Positions 30,981-40,721 of a DNA stretch of 64,000 nucleotides are shown piece after piece. The stretch's first letter is position 1. The number at the start of each line of letters is the position of its first letter. Location of the stretch: contig QCHR01000004.1 of assembly GCA_003277985.1 (NCBI GenBank), positions 36,396 through 100,395 on the forward strand, written 5' to 3'. The stretch comes from Prochlorococcus sp. AG-402-G06. Its GTDB lineage: Bacteria; Cyanobacteriota; Cyanobacteriia; PCC-6307; Cyanobiaceae. The notes beneath the pieces were generated by a model, which did not search any database, was not told the origin of the DNA, and worked only from the letters and a program-made list of their open reading frames with translations. The translations under genes and the position numbers were made by a program.

Positions 30981-33500
30981 ATGAGCAGCTCCCAGTCTAT
31001 CGATCTGCGTCTGCCGACCCCAGGATGCTATGCCGATCCTGTGCGAGCTGGCATGGATGCTGATGCAGTCTTCGATGGAATGACGGAGCATCTCTTTTTC
31101 ACTCTCGGCAAACTAGCTACATCTGCAAGTCTGAGAGATCTCTATATGGCTTTAAGTTTTGCTGTTAGAGACAGATTGATGAGTAGATATCTCACAAGTC
31201 AAGAGACCATACGAGCAAGGCCTCAAAAAACAGTCGCATATCTCTCTGCTGAATTTCTAATCGGACCTCAACTAAATAATAATTTATTAAATCTTGGAAT
31301 TAAAAAAGAAGCAGAAGAAGCTTTAAAAAGATTCGGTATTGAATCTCTTAGTGACATCTTAGAGGTAGAGGAAGAACCTGGCCTTGGTAATGGAGGTTTG
31401 GGTAGGCTTGCTGCTTGCTATATGGAATCACTTGCAAGCCTGCAGGTCCCTGCAGTGGGTTACGGAATAAGATATGAGTTTGGGATTTTCAATCAATTAA
31501 TCAGAGATGGTTGGCAAGTAGAAGTTACTGACAAATGGCTCAAAGGCGGCTGGCCCTGGGAATTACCTCAACCAGACGAAGCGTGTTTAGTCGGATTCGG
31601 TGGACAAACAGAGAGCTATACAGATGACAATGGAAATTATCGATCTCGATGGATCCCAAGCGAACATGCAATAGGTGTTCCACATGATGTGCCTGTACTT
31701 GGTTATCGAGTCAACAGTTGTGATCGATTGAGATTATGGAGAGCTGATGCAACTGAAAGTTTTGATTTTTATGCTTTCAATATTGGTGATTACTACGGGG
31801 CTGTTGAAGAGAAAGTTGCCTCTGAGACTCTTTCCAAGGTTCTATATCCAAATGATGGAACTGATGAAGGAAGAAGATTGCGCCTTAAGCAGCAACACTT
31901 TTTTGTAAGTTGTTCTCTACAGGATATGCTTCGCAGTCTAGAAAAACGATCAATACCTGTTAAGGAATTTCCAAATCACTGGACAGTTCAACTCAATGAT
32001 ACGCATCCAGCCATAGCAGTTGCTGAATTAATGAGACTGTTAATCGATCAACATCGATTGGATTGGGATAAAGCTTGGGAAATTACAAATAGATCTGTTG
32101 CTTACACAAACCATACTTTGTTACCTGAGGCTTTAGAAAAATGGGACCTAAGCCTATTTAGAAACTTATTACCCAGGCATCTGGAACTTATATATGAAAT
32201 AAATAGGAGATTTTTGCAACAGGTAAGACTTAAGTATCCAGGAAACGACTCTATTTTAAGGAAACTTTCAATTATTGATGAAGATGGTGGAAAAGCTATT
32301 CGCATGGCCCACCTAGCAACCATTGGAGCACATCATGTTAACGGAGTAGCTGCTCTACATTCAGACCTAATAAAGAGACAATTATTACCTGAATTTGCAG
32401 AACTCTGGCCTGAAAAATTCACTAACGTCACCAACGGAGTCACTCCACGTAGATGGGTGGCTTTAGCAAATCCTGAGCTTTCTAAGCTGCTTGACAAAGA
32501 AATTGGTCCTAATTGGATTACTAATATGGACCTTTTACGAGATTTAGAAAAAAAAGAAAATGACTCTAATTTCTTAGATCTTTTCGCCTCAGCCAAGCTA
32601 TCTGGCAAAAGGAAGCTCGCTGGATATATACATAGACAGACTGGAGTGCTAGTAGATCCGTCAAGTTTATTTGATGTTCAAGTTAAAAGAATTCACCAGT
32701 ATAAGAGACAGCATTTAAATGCTTTGCAAGTGATTGCACAATATCTAAGAATTAAAAATGGGAAGACAAAAAATATTGCACCTCGTACGATAATTTTTGG
32801 TGGTAAAGCTGCACCAGGTTATTTCATGGCGAAGCTAATGATTAGATTTATCAATGGAATCGCAGATGTTGTAAATGCAGATCCTGATATGGATGGATTA
32901 CTAAGAGTTGTTTTTCTTCCAGATTACAATGTGAAACTTGGTGAACAAGTCTATCCAGCCACTGATCTTTCTGAACAAATTTCAACTGCGGGCAAAGAAG
33001 CTTCTGGAACTGGAAATATGAAATTCGCAATGAATGGTGCTTTAACAATCGGAACTCTTGACGGAGCTAATGTTGAAATTAGAGAAAGGGTAGGCGCAGA
33101 AAATTTCTTTTTGTTTGGAAAGACAGAATCAGAAATCATGGAATTAAGAGATCAAGGATATAGTCCAAATAGCTTTATTTCAGAATCAAATGAACTACAA
33201 GAAACTCTTAAGTTAATAGAAGTTGGGCATTTTAGTAATGGTGATAGTGAGCTTTTTAAACCGATAATAAATATTTTGACAGGGAATGATCCTTTCTTTG
33301 TAATGGCAGATTTTGATGATTACCTTCGTGCACAAGATGAAGTTAGTCAAGCATGGAAAAATAGTCAAAAATGGAACCGTATGGCATTGCTAAATACAGC
33401 AAGGTCAGGTTTTTTCTCATCAGACAGATCAATTAGAGAATATTGTCAATCAATATGGAAAGTTAAACCATTACCTGTAGAAATAAGTTGCGAAAAGTAA
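30981..33500 (+). CDS. glgP: Glycogen phosphorylase
   Basis: GLGNGGLGRLAAC, QLNDTHP, YTNHT, KRIHQYKRQ, EASGTGNMK (PLP lysine). Confidence 0.97.
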   Translation: MSSSQSIDLRLPTPGCYADPVRAGMDADAVFDGMTEHLFFTLGKLATSASLRDLYMALSFAVRDRLMSRYLTSQETIRARPQKTVAYLSAEFLIGPQLNNNLLNLGIKKEAEEALKRFGIESLSDILEVEEEPGLGNGGLGRLAACYMESLASLQVPAVGYGIRYEFGIFNQLIRDGWQVEVTDKWLKGGWPWELPQPDEACLVGFGGQTESYTDDNGNYRSRWIPSEHAIGVPHDVPVLGYRVNSCDRLRLWRADATESFDFYAFNIGDYYGAVEEKVASETLSKVLYPNDGTDEGRRLRLKQQHFFVSCSLQDMLRSLEKRSIPVKEFPNHWTVQLNDTHPAIAVAELMRLLIDQHRLDWDKAWEITNRSVAYTNHTLLPEALEKWDLSLFRNLLPRHLELIYEINRRFLQQVRLKYPGNDSILRKLSIIDEDGGKAIRMAHLATIGAHHVNGVAALHSDLIKRQLLPEFAELWPEKFTNVTNGVTPRRWVALANPELSKLLDKEIGPNWITNMDLLRDLEKKENDSNFLDLFASAKLSGKRKLAGYIHRQTGVLVDPSSLFDVQVKRIHQYKRQHLNALQVIAQYLRIKNGKTKNIAPRTIIFGGKAAPGYFMAKLMIRFINGIADVVNADPDMDGLLRVVFLPDYNVKLGEQVYPATDLSEQISTAGKEASGTGNMKFAMNGALTIGTLDGANVEIRERVGAENFFLFGKTESEIMELRDQGYSPNSFISESNELQETLKLIEVGHFSNGDSELFKPIINILTGNDPFFVMADFDDYLRAQDEVSQAWKNSQKWNRMALLNTARSGFFSSDRSIREYCQSIWKVKPLPVEISCEK

Positions 33501-33504
33501 ATAT

Positions 33505-33957
33505 TTATTTATCTGGTAAGTCTGGCGTTTGATGTAACAACCTATTCAACCTTAATCGATCTATATTTAATGGATCTGGTGCAAGTTCACCAGCAACCTC
33601 TTTAAATGTGTCTTCAACCTCATCAGAAACTTTGACTTCAAAGATTCTTTCCATAAGAGCTTCTATTGAATATAAATGAGCATTAATATTCTCGAGTTCA
33701 GAGATAACTTGTGAAATAGACTTTTCTTTTTTATCTATATTTCCAGTTTCTAAATTCTCCTCAGGTGGATGGGAAGAGGTTAAATTTGATTGCTTTTGCA
33801 AATCTTCTAAAACTCGTCCACATAAAGTCCTAAAAGATTGAAGCGCAGCCCAATTTATCTCTTGTTGTTGACGCAGAGTAGGGAACTCTCTAATCAAACG
33901 ATCGTGTTCCCTATAAAATCTGAGACAATCTGGACATTGACATGGTTCTTCAGGCAC
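33505..33957 (-). CDS. Conserved hypothetical protein with N-terminal CxCxxC
   Basis: EPCQCPDCLRFYREHDRLIRE; 150 aa, GTG start. Confidence 0.75.
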   Translation of the reverse strand: MPEEPCQCPDCLRFYREHDRLIREFPTLRQQQEINWAALQSFRTLCGRVLEDLQKQSNLTSSHPPEENLETGNIDKKEKSISQVISELENINAHLYSIEALMERIFEVKVSDEVEDTFKEVAGELAPDPLNIDRLRLNRLLHQTPDLPDK

Positions 33958-33994
33958 CTACATCAAGGCAGCTTAAAAACCATCATTGCATTTA

Positions 33995-34330
33995 TTAGGC
34001 CGACATAGGGGGCTCGCCGTTAAATAAGTCTCCTCCTTCAGTATTTTCTATATCAGAGCTCTCAGGAAGGGGGATTTCAATACTTGTAACTACTTGGATT
34101 ACATCACGCAATCTCATTGAGTCAGCGAACCACCCCATTGCTTGTTCTGTATCACCTCTTCTTTCAGCATCATTAGCCTGGTCTTCGTGTGCTTCTGCAA
34201 GCAATGTTAACCAACACAAGCATCTAGCTTGAACGATTGATAAATCTAAATCATTAGGTTGAGAATTAGATATATGCTCACTCTCTTGTTGGACAAGTAA
34301 TCGCAAGCGAAGATCGTGAAGCTGGGCCAT
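33995..34330 (-). CDS. Conserved hypothetical protein
   Basis: 111-aa helical ORF co-oriented with the downstream gene. Confidence 0.75.
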   Translation of the reverse strand: MAQLHDLRLRLLVQQESEHISNSQPNDLDLSIVQARCLCWLTLLAEAHEDQANDAERRGDTEQAMGWFADSMRLRDVIQVVTSIEIPLPESSDIENTEGGDLFNGEPPMSA

Positions 34331-34431
34331 GTTGACTTATTCACTACACCAAACGCTAGCGAGAGAGTAAGGATTTTGCACACCCACCACATATAGGAGT
34401 ACATTTTTTTAGTTTTAATTCGTTTTTCACA

Positions 34432-34505
34432 CGGGGCTGGCGGGACTTGAACCCACGACCTACGGTTTAGGAAACCGTCGCTCTATCCAACTGAGCTACA
34501 GCCCC
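34432..34505 (-). tRNA. tRNA-Arg(CCT)
   Basis: Reverse complement: GGGGCTG/CAGCCCC acceptor stem, ACGGT-TTCCTAA-ACCGT anticodon arm, GGTTCAAGTCC T-arm. Confidence 0.97.
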
Positions 34506-34540
34506 CTGAAATTAATTATGCCTTGAGGCATGATGGTGTT

Positions 34541-34938
34541 GAAAGCAGGGGAGGTGATCGCAATTGAACTTCAGCAAAAGCTGAAGAATTCTATTGAGGA
34601 AAGTCCGGGCTCCTGCATGGCCAGGCTTGCTGGGTAATTCCCAGTGCGGGTGACCGTGAGGATAGTGCCACAGAAATACACCGCCCAATGCTTGATGGGG
34701 AAATCCCAACAAGCCCGGCAAGGGTGCAAAGGTGCGGTAAGAGCGCACCAGCAGCATCGAGAGGTGCTGGCTAGGTAAACCCCGGCTAGGAGCAAGGTGA
34801 GGGGCACTGGGGGCCATAGACCTTGTCCCTAAGGAGAGCCGCTTGAGGCTAGCGGTAACGTTAGTCCCAGATAGATGATCGCCCATTCACTTTCTAACCA
34901 AAGAAGAATGAACAGAACCCGGCTTACGACCTGCTTTC
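34541..34938 (+). ncRNA. rnpB: RNase P RNA, bacterial class A
   Basis: GAGGAAAGTCCGGGCTC, AGTGCCACAGAAA, GGTAAACCCC, ACAGAACCCGGCTTA; terminal helix GAAAGCAGG/CCTGCTTTC; divergent from tRNA-Arg. Confidence 0.97.
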
Positions 34939-35016
34939 ACTTTATTAATTTTGTACACAGAAATTAAGTTGAAAATTTTAGGAATTTATCAAATTAATTG
35001 TAATATTTGAAAAATC

Positions 35017-35760
35017 ATGAGAATCTCAACCCAACGTAGAAAAGACATAATCTCTTTTATTAGAGGTCTAAATTTAGATCAAAAATATCAACAAGAATTT
35101 ACAAATGAAAAACTTAAAAATCTTTTATTTATAAACCAAGCACTAACTCATAGTTCAGCAAATAGTGAAATTAATTATGAAAAACTTGAATTTCTTGGAG
35201 ATGCAGTTCTAAGACTTATTGCATCAGATTTCATAAAAAATAAATATCCATACATGCAAGTTGGAGAAAGATCTAAACTGCGCTCGCATCTAGTAAGTGA
35301 TCAATGGCTAGAAGAAGTTGGTAAAAAAATAGATATCCAAAATGTACTAATCATTGGGAGAAAAGCCCTTAGAGATCAATCTGCCAAAGCAACTATTCAA
35401 GCAGAAGCAACTGAGGCATTAATAGGAGCTTTATATGAGAGTCTTAATATTTTAGATCCTATAAAAACTTGGCTTACTCCATTCTGGGATAAAACAAGTC
35501 AAGAAATTTTAGCTGATCCGCATAGAAAAAATTACAAATCAGCACTTCAGGAGTTGATTCAAAGTAAAGGCCTATCAATTCCAATATACAAAACCAATGA
35601 AATTGACAAAAAGCATGACAATCCTAAGAGATTTTTCTGTACTGTTTATATCCAAAATAGGCCAATAGCTGAAGGTTGGGGAAAATCAATGAAACAAGCA
35701 GAAAAAGACGCAGCCAGCAAAGCACTAACTTATCTTGATAATAATTCAATTGATAATTAA
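35017..35760 (+). CDS. rnc: Ribonuclease III
   Basis: ALTHSS, EKLEFLGDAVL, EALIGALY, C-terminal dsRBD (YKSALQE...AEKDAA). Confidence 0.93.
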   Translation: MRISTQRRKDIISFIRGLNLDQKYQQEFTNEKLKNLLFINQALTHSSANSEINYEKLEFLGDAVLRLIASDFIKNKYPYMQVGERSKLRSHLVSDQWLEEVGKKIDIQNVLIIGRKALRDQSAKATIQAEATEALIGALYESLNILDPIKTWLTPFWDKTSQEILADPHRKNYKSALQELIQSKGLSIPIYKTNEIDKKHDNPKRFFCTVYIQNRPIAEGWGKSMKQAEKDAASKALTYLDNNSIDN

Positions 35761-35784
35761 TAAATTTCTCTTGAAAAATTCTTA

Positions 35785-35970
35785 TTAACTTTTCAAGAGA
35801 TCTTTCAAAGGAAGAGTCAGTAATTTGTCCCAATTACCTCCTTCAAAAAGCACTGCCGCTTGATCTCCACTTATTCTTTGAACAAATCCTTCATATCCAT
35901 TATAAATTGACTCTTGATTATTAACAGTTACTGTTGTCCCAGGGAGAATAGGATCTTGTAAATCAGTCAT
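35785..35970 (-). CDS. ndhS: NAD(P)H-quinone oxidoreductase (NDH-1) subunit S
   Basis: ILPGTTV.V...SIY.GY.GFVQRI...AAVLFEGGNWDKL. Confidence 0.9.
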   Translation of the reverse strand: MTDLQDPILPGTTVTVNNQESIYNGYEGFVQRISGDQAAVLFEGGNWDKLLTLPLKDLLKS

Positions 35971-36016
35971 AATTAAACATATCCAAATAAACTATTGAAA
36001 AAGTCTACTCATAAAA

Positions 36017-36547
36017 ATGATCGATAAGCCTAAATGGATGTCAATAGGTGAAATTGTTGCTCCGCAAGGTTTAAAAGGTGATATTCGACTTAAACCATGC
36101 AGCGACTTCCCTGAAAGATTTACAAAACCAGGAAAACGTTGGATTCAAAAAACTAACGAATTGCCCACTGAAATCATATTAAATAAAGGAACTCTTATTC
36201 CAGGTAAATCAATCTATGTACTTTCTATAGAAGGAGTATCCAATAGAAGTTCGGCAGAAGAGATTATTGGTTGGAAACTTGTCATACCGATTGATAGTAG
36301 ACCAAACTTAAGTAATGATGAGTACCATTACTTTGATCTTGTTGGCTTAGAAGCAAGAAGAGGACCAGATAAGACTGTGATTGGTTATGTAACTGACTTG
36401 ATTAAGGGTGGGAATGACCTTCTCGAGATAGAATTAATAGAAGGTAAAAAAGTTTTGGTACCTTTTGTTAAAGAAATAGTACCCGAAATAGAAATCAAAG
36501 AGAAATGGCTACTACTCAATCCACCCCCAGGTCTATTGGAATTATAA
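36017..36547 (+). CDS. rimM: Ribosome maturation factor
   Basis: GEIVAPQGLKG, DFPERF, EYHYFDLVGL, GNDLLEI, LVPFV. Confidence 0.93.
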   Translation: MIDKPKWMSIGEIVAPQGLKGDIRLKPCSDFPERFTKPGKRWIQKTNELPTEIILNKGTLIPGKSIYVLSIEGVSNRSSAEEIIGWKLVIPIDSRPNLSNDEYHYFDLVGLEARRGPDKTVIGYVTDLIKGGNDLLEIELIEGKKVLVPFVKEIVPEIEIKEKWLLLNPPPGLLEL

Positions 36548-36565
36548 AAATCTTTCAGATTTTTA
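36545..36565 (+). terminator. AT-rich hairpin at the rimM stop; weak terminator candidate
   Basis: TAAAAATCT-TTC-AGATTTTTA perfect 9-bp inverted repeat. Confidence 0.25.
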
Positions 36566-36605
36566 ACCAGAAGTTAAAAAATAAACTGAAAAGTTCTTCA
36601 ATGTG

Positions 36606-38057
36606 ATGACCAATAACTCAATCATTCCTGTAATTCTTAGTGGTGGTTCAGGAACAAGACTTTGGCCGCTTTCAAGAGAAAGCTACCCTAAACAATTTCT
36701 GGCCTTAGATTCACGAACAAAGAAAACTCTTTTGCAAAAAACTTATGAAAGACTTCTTGGCTTGGAAGGACTTGAAACTCCAATATTGATATGCAACGAG
36801 GATCATAGATTTATAGTTGCAGAGCAATTCAGAGAGCTAAATACTGACCCCCAAGCAATAATTCTCGAGCCCATAGGTCGCAATACTGCTCCAGCAATAG
36901 CAGTTGCCGCACTTCAAGCAATTTCTTTAGGTGAGGATCCTTTACTTCTAGTGTTGGCTGCTGATCATTTGATAGACAATATAATTGACTTTCAAACAGT
37001 AATTCAATCTGCAAAAGTCTATGCAGAGCAAGGAAGACTAGTTACTTTTGGTATTGTGCCAACATGCGCCGAAACTGGTTACGGTTACATTGAAGCTAAA
37101 CAATCAAATCATAAAGAAGACGAACTAACTGGTTTCGAAATAAGTAACTTTATAGAAAAACCTAATAAAGAGAAAGCTGAAAAATTAATCAAAGATTCTC
37201 GTTACACCTGGAATAGTGGAATGTTCCTTTTTAAAGCGAGTTCGATAATAAAAGAATTAGAAAAATTCGCCCCAGAAATAATAAATTATTGCAAAACTGC
37301 TATTGAAAATGATGTTGTTGATCTTGACTTCTTAAGATTAGAGGCAGAATCATTTGCGAAATGTCCAAAAGTTTCTATAGATATTGCAGTAATGGAAAAA
37401 ACAAAATTAGGAACTGTTCTTCCTTTAAACGTAGGATGGAGTGATGTAGGAAGTTGGAAATCTTTGTGGGATATAAGTAGTAAAAATAATGAGGGCAATT
37501 ATATAGATGGAAGAGTCTTAGCTGAAGACAGCAAAAACTGTTATTTAAAAAGTGAACACCGTCTAATAGTGGGAATAGGAATAGAAAACCTGATAGTAGT
37601 AGAAACTAATGATGCTATTTTAGTTGCTAATAGAGAGCATTCTCAAAATATTGGGAATATAGTTAAAAGTCTAAATCCCTCTGAATTCCCTGAAGGGAAA
37701 ATGCATAGAAAGATCTATAGGCCTTGGGGAAATTATACTACAATAGTTGAGGGAAGTAGATGGCAAGTAAAGCTAATCGAGGTAAAGCCAAATGCCTCTC
37801 TTTCTTTACAAATGCATCATCATAGGGCAGAGCATTGGATCATAGTTAATGGAACAGCTTTGATTGAAAAGGATGGAGAAAAGCAACTTTTAAGTGAAAA
37901 TGAAAGTACGTTTATTCCTTTAGGTTGTAAACATAGATTAAGCAATCCAGGCTTAATGAAACTTGAGCTTATTGAAGTTCAAAGTGGTACTTATTTAGAT
38001 GAAGATGATATAATTCGTTTTGAAGATTCTTATGGCAGAATAAAAAATATTAATTAA
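36606..38057 (+). CDS. manC: Mannose-1-phosphate guanylyltransferase / mannose-6-phosphate isomerase
   Basis: GGSGTRLWPLSR..PKQF, EPIGRNTAPA, WNSGMF, WSDVGSW, C-terminal cupin RPWG..SLQMHHHRAEHW. Confidence 0.95.
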   Translation: MTNNSIIPVILSGGSGTRLWPLSRESYPKQFLALDSRTKKTLLQKTYERLLGLEGLETPILICNEDHRFIVAEQFRELNTDPQAIILEPIGRNTAPAIAVAALQAISLGEDPLLLVLAADHLIDNIIDFQTVIQSAKVYAEQGRLVTFGIVPTCAETGYGYIEAKQSNHKEDELTGFEISNFIEKPNKEKAEKLIKDSRYTWNSGMFLFKASSIIKELEKFAPEIINYCKTAIENDVVDLDFLRLEAESFAKCPKVSIDIAVMEKTKLGTVLPLNVGWSDVGSWKSLWDISSKNNEGNYIDGRVLAEDSKNCYLKSEHRLIVGIGIENLIVVETNDAILVANREHSQNIGNIVKSLNPSEFPEGKMHRKIYRPWGNYTTIVEGSRWQVKLIEVKPNASLSLQMHHHRAEHWIIVNGTALIEKDGEKQLLSENESTFIPLGCKHRLSNPGLMKLELIEVQSGTYLDEDDIIRFEDSYGRIKNIN

Positions 38058-38117
38058 TAGTAAAAATCATAGTTAATTAATAATATTTTTGGAAATTAAT
38101 TATTTCTTCTTTGCATT

Positions 38118-40022
38118 TTATTCTACAGTTACACTTTTAGCTAAATTGCGAGGTTGATCGACATCTAAACCTTTATGTGCAGCGATGTGATAACTAAATA
38201 ATTGCAGAGGTATAACTGTTAACAAAGGACTAACCCATTCACTAACTTTTGGGATGGAAAATAATTCATCAAATATTTCTGATTCTGATCCATGGGGTGC
38301 TATCCCTATTAAACGAGCATCTCTAGCTTTAGCTTCTTGAGAATTACTAAGAACTTTTTCATAAACCAAACCAGGGACAGCTATTGATACTACTGGAACA
38401 TGTTGATCTAAAAGGGCAATGGGACCATGTTTAAGTTCTCCAGCTGGATAGCCTTGAGCATGGATATAACTTATTTCCTTTAGTTTGAGAGCGCCTTCAA
38501 GGGCAATTGGATAATTTATCCCTCGACCTAAAAAAATTACATCCTTAGTATCAACAAATAAATGTGCTATTTCTTTGGATAGAGAATCATGTCGTTTTAT
38601 GAGATCAGTTAACTGTTTGGGAATTAATCTCAAATCATCAGAAAGCTTTGAGATTTCTTGATGGGATCTTTTTTGTGTATGAGAAGCAAACAAAAGTGTC
38701 AAACCATAAAAAGACAACATTTGTCCAAGAAAGGTTTTTGTAGCTGCAACTCCTATTTCTATTCCTGATCCAATATCAATAATGTTATCCAATTCGCGAG
38801 ATAATGAGCTATCTATTCTATTAGTAATACCCAATTGATGAAAAGAAAAATCACTATCTTTAGTTAAATCTCTTCGCTCTTTTTCCATCCTTAACGCAGC
38901 CAAAGTATCTGCTGTTTCGCCTGATTGACTCACTCCTATCGTCAAAGTATTTGGTGATAGTGGTGGGGGGGAGTATCTAAATTCACTTGCGAAATAAACC
39001 TTAGTGGGAATTCCTGCAAACTGTTCCAACAAATAGGCACCGACCATACTTGCATGTCTGCTAGTTCCACAAGCAAGAATTTGTATTTGCTCTATCTTGC
39101 CAAGCATTGATTTTGAGATAGGCAAAGCTACTGAATTATCCTTAGGCAAATCCATAGGCAAAAATCTATCTATCCACAATTGTGCTGTCTCTGGCTGCTC
39201 ATAAATTTCTTTGAGCATAAAATGACGAAAATTTCTTTTATCCGCAAAAAGTTCAGTGCCCTTTAAAAATGATGGTGCTCTGTGCTGCCTATTTCCAAAA
39301 TCATCATAAAGTTCAATTCCTAATGGGGTTAATAATGCAACTTCATTATCTTTCAAAGGCAAAAATGTACGTGTAAATCCAACTAGTGCTGGTGAATCAC
39401 TTGCACAGAAGAACTCACCTTCACCAAAGCCAAGAACTAATGGAGCTTGTCTTCTAGCAACAAGTAAAGTATCAGGTGCCTGAGACCAAATAACTGCTAT
39501 GGCATAAGTACCCTCTAAGATTGACAAAACCTTCTGAACAGCTGTCAGTAGTGTTTGTCCATTTGGAGAAAGGCCGCAATCTAAAGATTTTTCTATTTCT
39601 AAACTTATTAAATGTGGAATTATTTCTGTATCAGTTTCAGAAGTAAATTTAATTCCTTGAAGTTGCAGTTTTTCAGACAATGTCCTGTGATTTTCAATAA
39701 TTCCGTTTTGGACAACAGCAATTTGCCCACTAAAATCAAGATGAGGATGAGCATTTATCTCACTAGGTTTACCATGCGTGGCCCATCTCGTATGACCAAT
39801 ACCGACATGACCTTTGGGAGGTTTTTTTTTAATTAAATTGGTTAGATTAATTAATTTACCCTCTGATTTTCTAATATTTAACTTTCCAAATTGACCGTTA
39901 TTTAAATTTTCAATTGTAGCTATCCCGGCTGAATCATAGCCACGATATTCCAGCTTTCTTAATCCATCTCCAAGTATTGAAGAAACTTCTCTTGATCCTA
40001 TAACAGCAAATATGCCACACAT
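38118..40022 (-). CDS. glmS: Glutamine--fructose-6-phosphate aminotransferase
   Basis: MCGI, LEYRGYDSAG, GHTRWATHG, SQSGETADT, C-terminal PRNLAKSVTVE. Confidence 0.97.
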   Translation of the reverse strand: MCGIFAVIGSREVSSILGDGLRKLEYRGYDSAGIATIENLNNGQFGKLNIRKSEGKLINLTNLIKKKPPKGHVGIGHTRWATHGKPSEINAHPHLDFSGQIAVVQNGIIENHRTLSEKLQLQGIKFTSETDTEIIPHLISLEIEKSLDCGLSPNGQTLLTAVQKVLSILEGTYAIAVIWSQAPDTLLVARRQAPLVLGFGEGEFFCASDSPALVGFTRTFLPLKDNEVALLTPLGIELYDDFGNRQHRAPSFLKGTELFADKRNFRHFMLKEIYEQPETAQLWIDRFLPMDLPKDNSVALPISKSMLGKIEQIQILACGTSRHASMVGAYLLEQFAGIPTKVYFASEFRYSPPPLSPNTLTIGVSQSGETADTLAALRMEKERRDLTKDSDFSFHQLGITNRIDSSLSRELDNIIDIGSGIEIGVAATKTFLGQMLSFYGLTLLFASHTQKRSHQEISKLSDDLRLIPKQLTDLIKRHDSLSKEIAHLFVDTKDVIFLGRGINYPIALEGALKLKEISYIHAQGYPAGELKHGPIALLDQHVPVVSIAVPGLVYEKVLSNSQEAKARDARLIGIAPHGSESEIFDELFSIPKVSEWVSPLLTVIPLQLFSYHIAAHKGLDVDQPRNLAKSVTVE

Positions 40023-40089
40023 TTTTTTAAATTTATATCACAAATTATTTATATATAAAATAAGCGTTAGTTAAGGAAAATACTAATTT

Positions 40090-40353
<264 letters not shown>

Positions 40354-40359
40354 CTAGAT

Positions 40360-40373
40360 GTATAAAACTATAC
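40360..40373. promoter_or_regulatory. NtcA-like GTA-N8-TAC site overlapping a candidate psaC -10 box
   Basis: GTATAAAACTATAC; the minus strand contains TATAGT at 40367-40372. Confidence 0.35.
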
Positions 40374-40471
40374 CTACGTTTTGCTACATAAAAAAAAATA
40401 GTTGCAATGCCGTCACTTTTGTTAACTCGACACTCTAACCCGTAGTATTAGAAGTCAGGTCTAAGAAGGTT

Positions 40472-40714
40472 ATGTCCCAGGAAGCAATCCTTGAAAAAGT
40501 TCGTTCTATTGTCGCAGAACAACTAAGCGTTGAAGCCGGTGAAGTGAAACCGGATTCAAATTTCCAAAACGACCTCGGAGCTGACTCTCTCGACACTGTC
40601 GAATTAGTTATGGCTCTTGAAGAGGCATTTGACATAGAGATCCCCGACGAGGCTGCTGAAGGTATTGCCACTGTCGGAGATGCAGTCAAATACATCGAAG
40701 AAAAACAGTCTTGA
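40472..40714 (+). CDS. acpP: Acyl carrier protein
   Basis: [18 protein letters not shown]. Confidence 0.97.
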   Translation: MSQEAILEKVRSIVAEQLSVEAGEVKPDSNFQNDLGADSLDTVELVMALEEAFDIEIPDEAAEGIATVGDAVKYIEEKQS

Positions 40715-40721
40715 GGTTTAA

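Noticed and set aside
34512-34886. Two minus-strand ORFs of 124 and 78 aa
   Set aside because: They are the antisense of the GC-rich RNase P RNA.
40023-40089. Possible glmS ribozyme
   Set aside because: The spacer is only about 67 nt, very AT-rich, and lacks the ribozyme core.
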